Below are positions 1 to 9,352 of a stretch of DNA of 64,000 nt, one piece after another. This DNA comes from a bacterium (lineage in GTDB: Bacteria > Hydrothermota > 32-111), in contig JBFXGO010000004.1 of the NCBI GenBank assembly GCA_050239825.1, positions 9,075-73,074 on the forward strand, written 5' to 3'. The notes under the pieces are model-generated. The model was not told the origin of the DNA, searched no databases, and was given only the letters and a program-made list of their open reading frames with translations. The translations under genes and the position numbers were made by a program. Each line of letters starts with the position of its first letter. The first letter of the stretch is position 1.

Positions 1-1219
1 GACCCACTGTAAAGTGCGTTCCGGCTCCCTGCGAATACCTTCTGCTCCTGTAAATGTCATTGCCGCGCGTGTCGTAAAGTATTCCAAGTCCATGCCAGTA
101 CGACGAACCCTGCACAAAATATTCTCCGGAGTAGATATCATCACCGCAGTCGTCAACTATCATTCCAACTCCGCCGGATGCAATGTCCCTCACTCCATAG
201 CCGAAGCCCTGCGAAAGATGACTGTGGTACCCCTCTTCTCTATGGTCATTCATGCCGAGAACTGAAAGATATGAATCATTTCCTTTGATGTCATAAATTA
301 TACCCGCTCCTTTTGTGAAGCCAAAGCCCTGCGATAATCCATTTGAAATGTACTCGTCATTACCTCCCCTGTCAAGAACAAATCCCAATCCATTGAAACC
401 GGCCCCGATTGAGCAGTAAGATGAAGAGTATCTGTCATTGCCATCCCTGTCATCTATAAACCCTGCTCCATTTATTCCGCACCCGATGTCATATCCCTTT
501 CCCTGATACTCGTCATTGCCGGACAGATCGACAATCCCTGACAATCCGCCGTTTCCGCCTGCAAGAGAGTGCTCTTCAAAAGCCATGTAAACATCATCGC
601 CCCCCAAATCAATTATCAGTTTATTTCCTTTGTACAGATGATATGTATCGGCATCTGACGACCCGATTATGATATCAAAATAATCTTTGTATTCATCTTT
701 AAGTTTCATGCAAAGAGATAATATGGAGGAATCATCAAGAGATATTATATAATCAATTGCTTCAAGCATCGAATAGAAGAGTTTTTCTTCGGCGCTCTCT
801 CTTGACGCGGCGTTTAGAAAGAATCTAACCTGAGAATAGTAGGCGGAATCCGAAATCAAAGTATCCGAGAGGAAATTCATGCTGTTAAATGCTTCTTTTG
901 TCTTTAAAAAGCTGAAATCAGGTTTTGAAATCTTCTTCTTTGAAGTTTCTCTCTTATCTGCATACTTATAGAATCTGCCGGAATGCAATTCTCTTATTTT
1001 TGATAACAAAATTTCGGTTTCAAATTCCGACTTCTCCGGATTCGCCAACAGAAAACTGCAAAGAGCCATAGAGTATGCATCCTGTTCAAAACTTCTCATA
1101 TCCACCCCAATGTCATTTGTTTTCAGACACATGTACGAAAATCCCTCTATCAATGCTTTTTCATTGGCATAAGAGAAGAGAAATGCCAGAAACAGAAAGA
1201 TAAAACTAATTTTCCTCAT
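1..1219 (-). CDS. Secreted protein with tandem GxGxxxDxxG(N/D)DxY repeats; 3' end runs off the window and it is missing from the ORF track
   Basis: Manual translation from ATG 1219 (MRKISFIFLFLAFLFSYA, signal-like) is open to base 2. Seven G(N/D)DxY repeats, e.g. GLGFVLDRGGNDEY and GLGILYDTRGNDIY. Confidence 0.85.
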   Translation of the reverse strand, partial: MRKISFIFLFLAFLFSYANEKALIEGFSYMCLKTNDIGVDMRSFEQDAYSMALCSFLLANPEKSEFETEILLSKIRELHSGRFYKYADKRETSKKKISKPDFSFLKTKEAFNSMNFLSDTLISDSAYYSQVRFFLNAASRESAEEKLFYSMLEAIDYIISLDDSSILSLCMKLKDEYKDYFDIIIGSSDADTYHLYKGNKLIIDLGGDDVYMAFEEHSLAGGNGGLSGIVDLSGNDEYQGKGYDIGCGINGAGFIDDRDGNDRYSSSYCSIGAGFNGLGFVLDRGGNDEYISNGLSQGFGFTKGAGIIYDIKGNDSYLSVLGMNDHREEGYHSHLSQGFGYGVRDIASGGVGMIVDDCGDDIYSGEYFVQGSSYWHGLGILYDTRGNDIYRSRRYSQGAGTHFTVG

Positions 1220-1457
1220 CAAGCAACTCCTCCACCCTCTTGATATCAGGCATCCCTATGAAGGCTACTTCATCGTTTATAATAGTCACAGGCACCGAGG
1301 AGACTTCAAACTCATCCATAAGGTTCATCCCTTTGTCGCTGTCGACATCTATTATTTCAAGCTCCACAGGAATCTTTCTGACCGTATATTTCCAGAATTT
1401 TTCGACCTCTTTGCATTCATGAGACCATCTGCCGACAAGAACTATTATTTTCATCAA
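1206..1457 (-). CDS. Small thioredoxin/glutaredoxin-fold protein with SxxC in place of CxxC
   Basis: WSHEC motif, IDVD strand, SVP cis-Pro loop, FIGMP. Confidence 0.75.
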   Translation of the reverse strand: MMKIIVLVGRWSHECKEVEKFWKYTVRKIPVELEIIDVDSDKGMNLMDEFEVSSVPVTIINDEVAFIGMPDIKRVEELLDEEN

Positions 1458-1460
1458 GTA

Positions 1461-2477
1461 TTACTCCAGTTCGATAGTATTCATTACTGTTTTTGTCTCC
1501 ATGAGCTTGAAATATTTTCTCTCTCCCGGGAGAAAAATATGTCCGTCGAGAAAGTAAAGCTTTCCGTTGGCTTTAATCAGATACATGATGAACGGACCGC
1601 CATACTGATTTTTATCGTTCGCATAGGTTCCTTTTATTTCCAGAGCGGGATATCCCTTGAATGATGTCTCGCTCTTTTCAAGTTTGACAAACTGCGTATC
1701 TATTCTGTCTCCTTCAAAATGTTTCTTTCCTATCAAATCGCGCATCTCTGTCATCCACTGAAATCTGAAATTGGATGTGTCGTTAAAAGTCATCATTGTG
1801 ACTATTCTGTCGGGGTATCGGGCTATTATGGAATAACAGTTGAGGTTCTTGTCGAAAAATGCCGTTTGATAATCGGACGGGGCTTTTATCCTGATACCTG
1901 TTTTTTCATAAATCTCTGTGCTAAGTCTCTTGTTTTCTCCCGCAAAATAAACCATCATGTCAAGAGAACGGGCGGTGTTATCCATGAAGAATTTGCTTAT
2001 AAGCTCTTTGCGTTTTTTTATTGCATTATTCAGCTCATCCTCTGAGACACCTGCAATTATGAAAATATTCTGCCCTTTTGCAAATCCGTCAAAGATTGTG
2101 AAGAAGAGAGCTCCCTCCTCTTTTATCTGTTTCAGATCCTCCTGTGAAAGAAATGAATTGATTATCTGCGAATACTCATCGTTTCTGTTGATGTTTGTGA
2201 TAAAGATTATGTTTTTCTCCCTCTTGTAAATATAAAGTTTATCAAGAGAGACAAAGACAGTGTAAAAGACCGATTCCCTTGCAGGCATCGTCACTTCCAT
2301 GGTAAGTGCATCAAGAAGATTTTTTTCAACAGATGAATAGACAGTGTTTGATGCGCATATTGCTATCTCCTCGATTTTGCCTATGGCAGACTCCTTCATC
2401 TTTGATTTTGTGCATGAGGAAAATACAAAAGGAATAAGAAATATCAAAACAAAAAAAGCATCAATCGATCTCTTCAC
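1461..2477 (-). CDS. Lipoprotein, DUF4837-like
   Basis: Lipobox FSSC; C-terminal GGPF and GERK motifs resemble DUF4837. Confidence 0.6.
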   Translation of the reverse strand: MKRSIDAFFVLIFLIPFVFSSCTKSKMKESAIGKIEEIAICASNTVYSSVEKNLLDALTMEVTMPARESVFYTVFVSLDKLYIYKREKNIIFITNINRNDEYSQIINSFLSQEDLKQIKEEGALFFTIFDGFAKGQNIFIIAGVSEDELNNAIKKRKELISKFFMDNTARSLDMMVYFAGENKRLSTEIYEKTGIRIKAPSDYQTAFFDKNLNCYSIIARYPDRIVTMMTFNDTSNFRFQWMTEMRDLIGKKHFEGDRIDTQFVKLEKSETSFKGYPALEIKGTYANDKNQYGGPFIMYLIKANGKLYFLDGHIFLPGERKYFKLMETKTVMNTIELE

Positions 2478-4509
2478 TGTTTCTCCTTGTTAAATTGATT
2501 TTAACACATCTGTTATCCTCTTTCAACAGGTTTTTATCTGAGGACATCAAAGAAGACGCGTCTGAAAATGCAACTTTCATAAGCTGGAAATCATCAAACC
2601 AATCTGCATACTTGAATCTGGGTATTCCGCTCTGCATGCTCCCCCATGCCTCTCCCATGCCCCTCATCCTCAAATCCATCTCAGCAATTTCAAATCCGTC
2701 ATTTGTTTTGGCTATTGTTTTAAGTCTCACTATTCCGTCTTCGCTCACCTTGTCGCCTGATACAAGGAAACAATATGATTGCTTCTCTCCTCTGCCCACT
2801 CTTCCCCGTAGCTGATGAAGCTGTGAGAGTCCAAACCTTTCCGCAGACAAAATAACCATAACAGTCGCGTTTGTGACATCTATGCCGACTTCAATGACGG
2901 TTGTTCCTACAAGCACATCAATTTCACCCCTGTTTAGCATCTCCATAACATCAGTCTTCTCTTCCTGAGAGAGTCGCGAGTGTATTTTTCCGACTCTTGC
3001 CCTTAAAAGGTATTTCTTCTTGACCTCTTCATACACTCTCTCTACGGATTTCATATCAGCCTCTCCGCCGATGTCAATAGCCGGACAAACAATGAAACAG
3101 CTCTCTTTGGCGTCAATTCTCTTTTCTATAAACTGGTACATCTTCATCTGGGCTTTATTGGAGACCCATTTTGTCTTAATGGTTTTTTGCTGTTTCGGTT
3201 TCTCTTTTATCTCCGTAATATCCATCTCTCCGTAAACTGCAAGAGAGAGTGAGCGTGGAATCGGCGTGGCTGTCATCACAAGATAGTCCGCAACAATGCC
3301 CTTGTTTCTCAGTTTCGACCTGTGAACCACTCCGAATCTGTGCTGTTCGTCTATTATTACCAGTTTTAAATCTTTGAAGCGCACTTCATCCTCTATCAGA
3401 GCATGAGTTCCAATAACTACATCGACATCCCCTCTCTCGATATCCAAGAGCCCTCTGTCTCTCTCTTTAACGGATGATGTGACAAGTCTGATTCTGACTT
3501 TCAATTGTGAAAAAAGTTTTGAAAGAACTGAAAAATGCTGCTGCGCAAGTATCTCGGTCGGAGCCATGAGGACAGACTGATATCCGCTCTCAACTGCAGT
3601 CAGCATAGCCATTGCCGCAATAAGAGTCTTTCCTGATCCCACATCTCCCATTAAAAGCCTATTCATAGGCACTCTGCTTTGCATGTCTCTCTTAATCATT
3701 TGAAATGCGTTCTTCTGGTCATCGGTCAATGTAAAACTCAAGCCCTCAAGAAGTTTTTTCACAAGGAGAGATTCGGCGACATAGTTGAAATCTCCGATGA
3801 TATTGTTTTTTTCCTTCCTTACTGCCACCTTCATTCCTGCGTAGAAGAGCTCCGAGTACTTCATTCTTTCAAGAGCTTTCTCCACTTCTTCGCTCTTAGA
3901 AGGATAGTGCATTGCTCTGACTGCATCAGAAATTTTCATCAATCCTCTTTTTAAAATAAGTTCGGAAGGAATATCCTCTTCTATATTTGCGGAATATGAA
4001 TCAACAGACCACTTGATAACTTTCCTCAGCCATCTCTGCGACATATCTTTTGTCAAATGGTAAACAGGCACAATTCTGCCTGTATGAATGAGTTCAACAT
4101 CCTCTTCGGGAAATTTCTCATACTCAGGATGCAGCATCTCCATCAGCGCCCGTCTGATGGAGACCTTTCCGCTGAGAACGATAATATCTCCCTGCTTTAT
4201 TGCTCCGTTGAGATACGGATTGTTGAACCACTTTGCAGTCACATATCCGCTCTCAGTCTTGATTACGGCAGTAAAGAGCGTTTTTCTGCTTCTAAGAAAA
4301 GTCATGCCTGATTGCAGAACCTCTCCCACCAATGTCAGGTATTCCCCGTCTCTGACCTCCCTCTTTTTAGTCAGTTCTCTGTTAACATACTTGAACGGGG
4401 GATAGGTCATAAGGTCATATATCGTGCTTATGCCAATCTTTGAAAGCAGTTCTGCCATTTTTGGACCTACGCCTTTGGCAAACTGCACTGAATCAAACAT
4501 TGATGTCAT
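2461..4509 (-). CDS. recG: ATP-dependent DNA helicase RecG
   Basis: KGVGPK, GDVGSGKT, DEQHRFGV, MTATPIPRSL, QLHQLRGRVGRG. Confidence 0.97.
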   Translation of the reverse strand: MTSMFDSVQFAKGVGPKMAELLSKIGISTIYDLMTYPPFKYVNRELTKKREVRDGEYLTLVGEVLQSGMTFLRSRKTLFTAVIKTESGYVTAKWFNNPYLNGAIKQGDIIVLSGKVSIRRALMEMLHPEYEKFPEEDVELIHTGRIVPVYHLTKDMSQRWLRKVIKWSVDSYSANIEEDIPSELILKRGLMKISDAVRAMHYPSKSEEVEKALERMKYSELFYAGMKVAVRKEKNNIIGDFNYVAESLLVKKLLEGLSFTLTDDQKNAFQMIKRDMQSRVPMNRLLMGDVGSGKTLIAAMAMLTAVESGYQSVLMAPTEILAQQHFSVLSKLFSQLKVRIRLVTSSVKERDRGLLDIERGDVDVVIGTHALIEDEVRFKDLKLVIIDEQHRFGVVHRSKLRNKGIVADYLVMTATPIPRSLSLAVYGEMDITEIKEKPKQQKTIKTKWVSNKAQMKMYQFIEKRIDAKESCFIVCPAIDIGGEADMKSVERVYEEVKKKYLLRARVGKIHSRLSQEEKTDVMEMLNRGEIDVLVGTTVIEVGIDVTNATVMVILSAERFGLSQLHQLRGRVGRGEKQSYCFLVSGDKVSEDGIVRLKTIAKTNDGFEIAEMDLRMRGMGEAWGSMQSGIPRFKYADWFDDFQLMKVAFSDASSLMSSDKNLLKEDNRCVKINLTRRNSEEID

Positions 4510-5069
4510 TTTGTCTCTCTCATGAGAAGAATGTTCTGTGACTTGAAGCCGAGAATCCTGTAAATCCCAAATATGTCGGGAATCTGAATTGTTATCTTAT
4601 AAAGATTGTAATCTTTGTCAAATGCCACCATTGATGTATCCTCTCTTCCATCCCTGATGCTCACATTATAAATGAAGATTGTCTCCTCAACCATATTCAT
4701 ATAACCCTTTGATTCTATTCTTCTTTTGTACCCTAGTCCCGTCTCAGTTCCGCTGTAAAACCAGGAGGTCTTCTCTGCAAAGGGAAGAACCATCCTTATT
4801 CTGCGCGGTGAGTATGTCAGGTTGGCGCTTATGAGTCCGATTTTAATGAACCGCTTTCTAAGATAGAATGTGTCATTTATGATGGTGAAATCCTCAGAGT
4901 ATGTGAGATTCTTATCCTGCGCCTTTATTGAAAACTCAGATGGTCTGCTCAGCACAACAATATCAAACACCTTTCCGCTTTCCGCCTCTTTCATTTTGAA
5001 ACTATCAATCCCCATGGGAAGACTTCCGATATTCGTGAGATAAAATGAAAGAATTAATAGTTGCAACAT
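4506..5069 (-). CDS. Hypothetical exported protein, first gene of the recG operon
   Basis: 187 aa ORF whose stop overlaps the recG start (ATGA); hydrophobic N-terminus. Confidence 0.7.
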   Translation of the reverse strand: MLQLLILSFYLTNIGSLPMGIDSFKMKEAESGKVFDIVVLSRPSEFSIKAQDKNLTYSEDFTIINDTFYLRKRFIKIGLISANLTYSPRRIRMVLPFAEKTSWFYSGTETGLGYKRRIESKGYMNMVEETIFIYNVSIRDGREDTSMVAFDKDYNLYKITIQIPDIFGIYRILGFKSQNILLMRETK

Positions 5070-5103
5070 ATAAATATTTTACAAGACAACAGGCAAATGT
5101 CAA
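5070..5103 (-). promoter_or_regulatory. Sigma70-type promoter, probably leaderless
   Basis: TTGACA-N16-TAAAAT-N6-ATG, no SD. Confidence 0.6.
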
Positions 5104-5174
5104 GCATGTAACAGCGACCTTTTGAAAACAATAAATCTGTCATGATGCAAATTGAAATGCGCAACTCCCTGCTA

Positions 5175-5202
5175 TTGACTTTTTTGCGATTATCCATATA
5201 AT
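5175..5202 (+). promoter_or_regulatory. Sigma70-type promoter of the lipoprotein gene
   Basis: TTGACT-N16-TATAAT, then AGGAGG SD before GTG 5233. Confidence 0.6.
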
Positions 5203-5232
5203 ACGCTGAAAAATAAAAATAGGAGGTTTTTA

Positions 5233-5916
5233 GTGAAAAGGTTTCTATTAACATTGACTGTCTTTTTGGTCATATTCTCATTCGGATGCTCCAAGAAAGC
5301 CGCATCCATTGACGGAGATTATACTTACAAGGCAGATTTTTCAACAAAGAGGATGTTCAAGGATGTTCTCAATGTTAACGACGGAGACACAACATTTGTT
5401 TCAGGAAATGTAAATCTCGTTTGGAAGACAAAGGACGAGGTCAAAGGCAACATGATTACAATTGAAAGCTCATTTGGCGATGACACTACATGGTCGGATG
5501 CAAAGGGACTTGAGGTTCAGACCTCAGGCAGTTATTCAGAGGAGCTTAAAGAGGCAGGAGTATATTCATACAAACTCTCTCTTGACAACACTTTGATGCA
5601 CACATACAAAATAAGTGTTCCTGCAATAACAATACTCTCTCCAGTTCCTTCGGATACTACTCTTAATGGAAAAGAGACAAACATTGAGTTTAACAGAGTT
5701 GACAAGGCAGAGAAGTATCTTGTATTTGTAAGAGGTTACAAGGGAGATTCCATCTGGGCAGTTGAGACATCCGATTCACAGATAAAATATGCAGGCGCGC
5801 CTCTTGAATACGGAATGGTCTATTCGGTGACAGTATCAACCACCATTCTCTGTGATTCATTGAACAGCGTCGGCGTTTCATCCACAAATCAGTTTGTTAT
5901 AAAGAAAGCTGAATAA
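5233..5916 (+). CDS. Lipoprotein of unknown function (beta-rich)
   Basis: AGGAGG SD; lipobox SFGC. Confidence 0.8.
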   Translation: MKRFLLTLTVFLVIFSFGCSKKAASIDGDYTYKADFSTKRMFKDVLNVNDGDTTFVSGNVNLVWKTKDEVKGNMITIESSFGDDTTWSDAKGLEVQTSGSYSEELKEAGVYSYKLSLDNTLMHTYKISVPAITILSPVPSDTTLNGKETNIEFNRVDKAEKYLVFVRGYKGDSIWAVETSDSQIKYAGAPLEYGMVYSVTVSTTILCDSLNSVGVSSTNQFVIKKAE

Positions 5917-5937
5917 ATTACCGAAATTTTCCGGATA

Positions 5938-5968
5938 AAAAGAGAGGGGCATAAAGCCCCTCTCTTTT
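5938..5968. terminator. Bidirectional intrinsic terminator
   Basis: AAAAGAGAGGGGC-ATAAA-GCCCCTCTCTTTT between convergent genes. Confidence 0.85.
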
Positions 5969-5969
5969 A

Positions 5970-6893
5970 TTATATACCTCCGTTAATTTCATCAACAGTT
6001 TCACACGGCTCGATATGCACTATTATGTCAGTCTTATCTCCATACTTCATTCTTAACTGATTTTCCACATTATTGGCAATCTCATGAGACCTTTTTACTG
6101 TCATGTCTGGCTCAACCTCTATATGAATATCTATTGAATAGTCGTTTCCAATTCGTCTTGTGCGTATCTCATGAGGGTTCTTTACTCCGCTTGTGCTTCT
6201 TATTAGTTCAAGTATCTCTGCCTCCACCTCTTTTGAGAGAGCTTGGTCGAGAAGGTCCCCTGCGCTTGCCTTTGTTATGTTAACAGCCACTTTAATAATG
6301 AAAAAACTCACAATAACGGCGGCTATCGGGTCGCACACCAGCCATTTTTCACCGAGAAACACGGCGCATCCGATTCCCACGAGAGTGCCTACTGACGAGA
6401 GAGCATCCGACCTGTGATGCCATGCATTGGCAATCACAGCCTGACTGTTTATCTTTTTTCCGACATGCGCTGTGTATCTGTAAAGCAGTTCTTTGAAAAT
6501 TATCGATATGAGAGCGGCCAAAAAAGCTATGATGCTCGGTTTGTCAAACTCCCCGCCTGAGGCGATTTTTATTATGTTCTTAAATCCGGAAAACATAATA
6601 AAGAATCCGACAAGAAGAAGCAGAATGCCGATTATGACAGCGGACAGGGTCTCATACTTTGCATGACCGTATTCGTGGTCTTCATCGGCGGGTTTTTTGA
6701 CAAAGCTGAATCCGAACAAGACAACTATATCTGTCGCAAAATCAGATAAAGAATGTATGGCATCAGCCACCATTGCTCCGCTTCGGCCGAAAATTCCAGC
6801 CGCAAACTTAAATCCGGTTAGAATCAAATTGACAAAAAATCCTATCCATGTCACTCTGATTGCATAATCCTCTCGTTTCATTATACTCTCCAT
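5970..6893 (-). CDS. Cation diffusion facilitator (FieF-like) metal efflux transporter
   Basis: ADAIHSLSD, HEYGHAKYE, NAWHHRSD, C-terminal dimerisation domain IIVHIEP. Confidence 0.93.
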   Translation of the reverse strand: MESIMKREDYAIRVTWIGFFVNLILTGFKFAAGIFGRSGAMVADAIHSLSDFATDIVVLFGFSFVKKPADEDHEYGHAKYETLSAVIIGILLLLVGFFIMFSGFKNIIKIASGGEFDKPSIIAFLAALISIIFKELLYRYTAHVGKKINSQAVIANAWHHRSDALSSVGTLVGIGCAVFLGEKWLVCDPIAAVIVSFFIIKVAVNITKASAGDLLDQALSKEVEAEILELIRSTSGVKNPHEIRTRRIGNDYSIDIHIEVEPDMTVKRSHEIANNVENQLRMKYGDKTDIIVHIEPCETVDEINGGI

Positions 6894-6985
6894 TATATTT
6901 AATGATTTCTCTTTTTTTCAAGATATATTTTGCACTATATGCCATTTTTTCATCTTGTCAAGATAAATATTAATTCGTTTTTATA

Positions 6986-7014
6986 TTGACATCTATCCAT
7001 TATGATATTAAAAT
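6986..7014 (+). promoter_or_regulatory. Sigma70-type promoter of the degP operon
   Basis: TTGACA-N17-TAAAAT; AAGGAGG SD before GTG 7045. Confidence 0.7.
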
Positions 7015-7044
7015 ATAAGATTATAAAATCAACAAGGAGGTTTT

Positions 7045-8502
7045 GTGAAGCGTCTGTTGACTATAACTGTAATTGTCGCACTTTTATTTGCGTGCGGCAT
7101 AATTTCTGCAACTCTTGTGCAGAAAGCCAACTGCCAGACAGAGACAGTTAAAATCAATGGCACTAATGGTGCGGCTCTGACCCTCCCTTCATTCAGGGAA
7201 CTGGCAAAGAATGTGACGCCCGCAGTGGTTCACATCACAGCCGAGAGCAGCGTGAAAGTGTCGCCGTTTTTCCCTTTTGATGACCCTTTCTTCCGCGACT
7301 TTTTCAAAGATATGCCTGAGTATGAGAATAAGAATACTTCAATGGGCACAGGATTCATCTTTGATAAAAACGGAAGCATAGTTACAAACTACCATGTCAT
7401 AAAGAATGCCAAGAAAATAACCATAAGACTACTTGACGAGCGCGAATTCTCAGAAGATGAGATTGAGATAGTCGGAACTGACGAGAGAACCGACATTGCA
7501 GTCATAAAAATAAAAAAGGTATCGGATATGCCTTATCTGGAATTTGGAGATTCCGATGAGATGGAGGTGGGAGACTGGGTTATGGCTGTGGGCAATCCGT
7601 TCGGATTTGACGGCACAGTCACAGTAGGAGTCATATCAGCTAAGAACCGCTCCAACATTGCGCTTTCAGGCGGACCAATGTATCAGGATTTTATACAGAC
7701 AGATGCATCGATAAATCCTGGCAACAGCGGCGGGCCTCTGGTTGATTTGAACGGCCATGTTATAGCTGTAAATTCCGCCATTGCATCACCCTCAGGCGGA
7801 AATGTGGGGATAGGATTCGGTATTCCCTCCAACATGGTTGTCATGGTTATAAATCAGTTGAAAGAGAACGGAGTGGTATCGAGAGGATACCTTGGGATAG
7901 TTCCTCAGGAGCTGACTAAAGATCTAAAAACAAAATTCGGCATGGACGCCAAAGAGACCGGGGTTCTTGTTGCGCAGGTGGAAGCAGAGACTCCTGCATC
8001 CAAAGCAGGATTAAAGGAGGGCGACATAATACTCCAGTTCAACGGAAAGAAGATTGAGAGTGTAAACAAATTCAGAATAGCCGTAGCCGAAACCCCGGCA
8101 GGAAAGAGGGTGGAGATTCTCATTTTAAGAGACAAAGAAAAGAAGACTCTCACTGCAGAGATAGGGAAGCTTGAAGAGGAAACAGTTGCAAACAATGATG
8201 AAAAGAATGCGAAGCCGGGAGAATGGCTCGGAATGACAGTCGAGTCTTTAACGGATGAAAACATCTCAAAATATTCGGTTGCCGTAAAAGATGGAGTAGT
8301 CATTACCGCAATAGCCAAAGATTCTCCTCTTATTGACGCAGGCGTTAGAGTGGGAGATGTCATAACAAAGATTGAATCCTTTAAAATAAAAAATATGTCT
8401 GATTTTAGTAGCGCGAAGAAAAAATATGAAAAGAATAATGATGTACTTCTGACTGTCAAGAGAGGCAACACTTCAATCTGGGTGGTTGTAAAGGCAAAAT
8501 AA
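7045..8502 (+). CDS. degP: Periplasmic serine protease Do/DegQ with two PDZ domains
   Basis: Signal peptide, TNYHV, TDIAV, QTDASINPGNSGGP, two PDZ domains. Confidence 0.93.
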   Translation: MKRLLTITVIVALLFACGIISATLVQKANCQTETVKINGTNGAALTLPSFRELAKNVTPAVVHITAESSVKVSPFFPFDDPFFRDFFKDMPEYENKNTSMGTGFIFDKNGSIVTNYHVIKNAKKITIRLLDEREFSEDEIEIVGTDERTDIAVIKIKKVSDMPYLEFGDSDEMEVGDWVMAVGNPFGFDGTVTVGVISAKNRSNIALSGGPMYQDFIQTDASINPGNSGGPLVDLNGHVIAVNSAIASPSGGNVGIGFGIPSNMVVMVINQLKENGVVSRGYLGIVPQELTKDLKTKFGMDAKETGVLVAQVEAETPASKAGLKEGDIILQFNGKKIESVNKFRIAVAETPAGKRVEILILRDKEKKTLTAEIGKLEEETVANNDEKNAKPGEWLGMTVESLTDENISKYSVAVKDGVVITAIAKDSPLIDAGVRVGDVITKIESFKIKNMSDFSSAKKKYEKNNDVLLTVKRGNTSIWVVVKAK

Positions 8503-8512
8503 GGAGAAAACA

Positions 8513-9352
8513 ATAAATTTCAGGGATTCAAGCGACAAATCGCTTCAAATTTATTTAAAAGAGATCAGGCGATTCCCTCTCCTCACACCGCAGGAGGAGA
8601 GGGAGTATGCCGTAAAAATACAAAAAGGTGACAGAAAAGCCCTTGAGAAACTTGTTCAGGGAAATCTGAGATTTGTGGTAAATGTCGCGAAGGAATATCA
8701 GGGAAAGGGCCTCTCCCTTTCAGAACTGATAAATGAGGGCAACTACGGGCTTATGAAGGCGGCGCAAAAATTTGAAGTCTCGAAAAATGTCAAGTTTATA
8801 TCCTATGCAGTGTGGTGGATAAGACAATCCATTATGAAGGCCGTGCTTGAAAACAACAGCAATATAAGAGTCCCTCTCTCTCAGAGAGGCAAGATGAACC
8901 TTGTGGGACGCACGCGTCATGAGATGCTGAATACAAACGGCGAAATGCCCACATTCAAGGAAGTAGCAGACAGAATTGGATTATCCGAAAACGAGGTTCA
9001 GCAGATAGTAAACCTCACAAAGACAGAGGTCTCTCTAAATGAACCAATCTCGTCAGATGAAAGTCTCTACCTTTCCGATACTATATCTCAGAATTCGGAA
9101 GAGTCGCCGGAAGAGACTCTCTTCAGAAAAAGATATAAGGAGACTCTCAAAGCACAGCTTGACAAGCTGTCAGAGCGTGAATCATTCATACTTAAAAAAT
9201 ACTTCGGACTTGATGATTTCAGGCCGCACACGCTTGAAGAGCTCGGAGATGAGCTTCAAATATCAAGGGAGAGGGTTAGACAGATAAAAGACCGCGCTGT
9301 AAACAAATTGAAGGACCTGACAAAAAATATACTGGAGCCGTACAATGAATAG
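8513..9352 (+). CDS. Alternative RpoD/RpoS-like sigma-70 factor; proposed ATA start at 8513 (ORF track start 8675 is internal)
   Basis: In-frame upstream sequence encodes region 1.2 (DKSLQIYLKEIRRFPLLTPQEE) and GNLRFVV. Downstream motifs: LINEGNYGL, FISYAVWWIRQ, ISRERVRQI. Confidence 0.88.
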   Translation: MNFRDSSDKSLQIYLKEIRRFPLLTPQEEREYAVKIQKGDRKALEKLVQGNLRFVVNVAKEYQGKGLSLSELINEGNYGLMKAAQKFEVSKNVKFISYAVWWIRQSIMKAVLENNSNIRVPLSQRGKMNLVGRTRHEMLNTNGEMPTFKEVADRIGLSENEVQQIVNLTKTEVSLNEPISSDESLYLSDTISQNSEESPEETLFRKRYKETLKAQLDKLSERESFILKKYFGLDDFRPHTLEELGDELQISRERVRQIKDRAVNKLKDLTKNILEPYNE

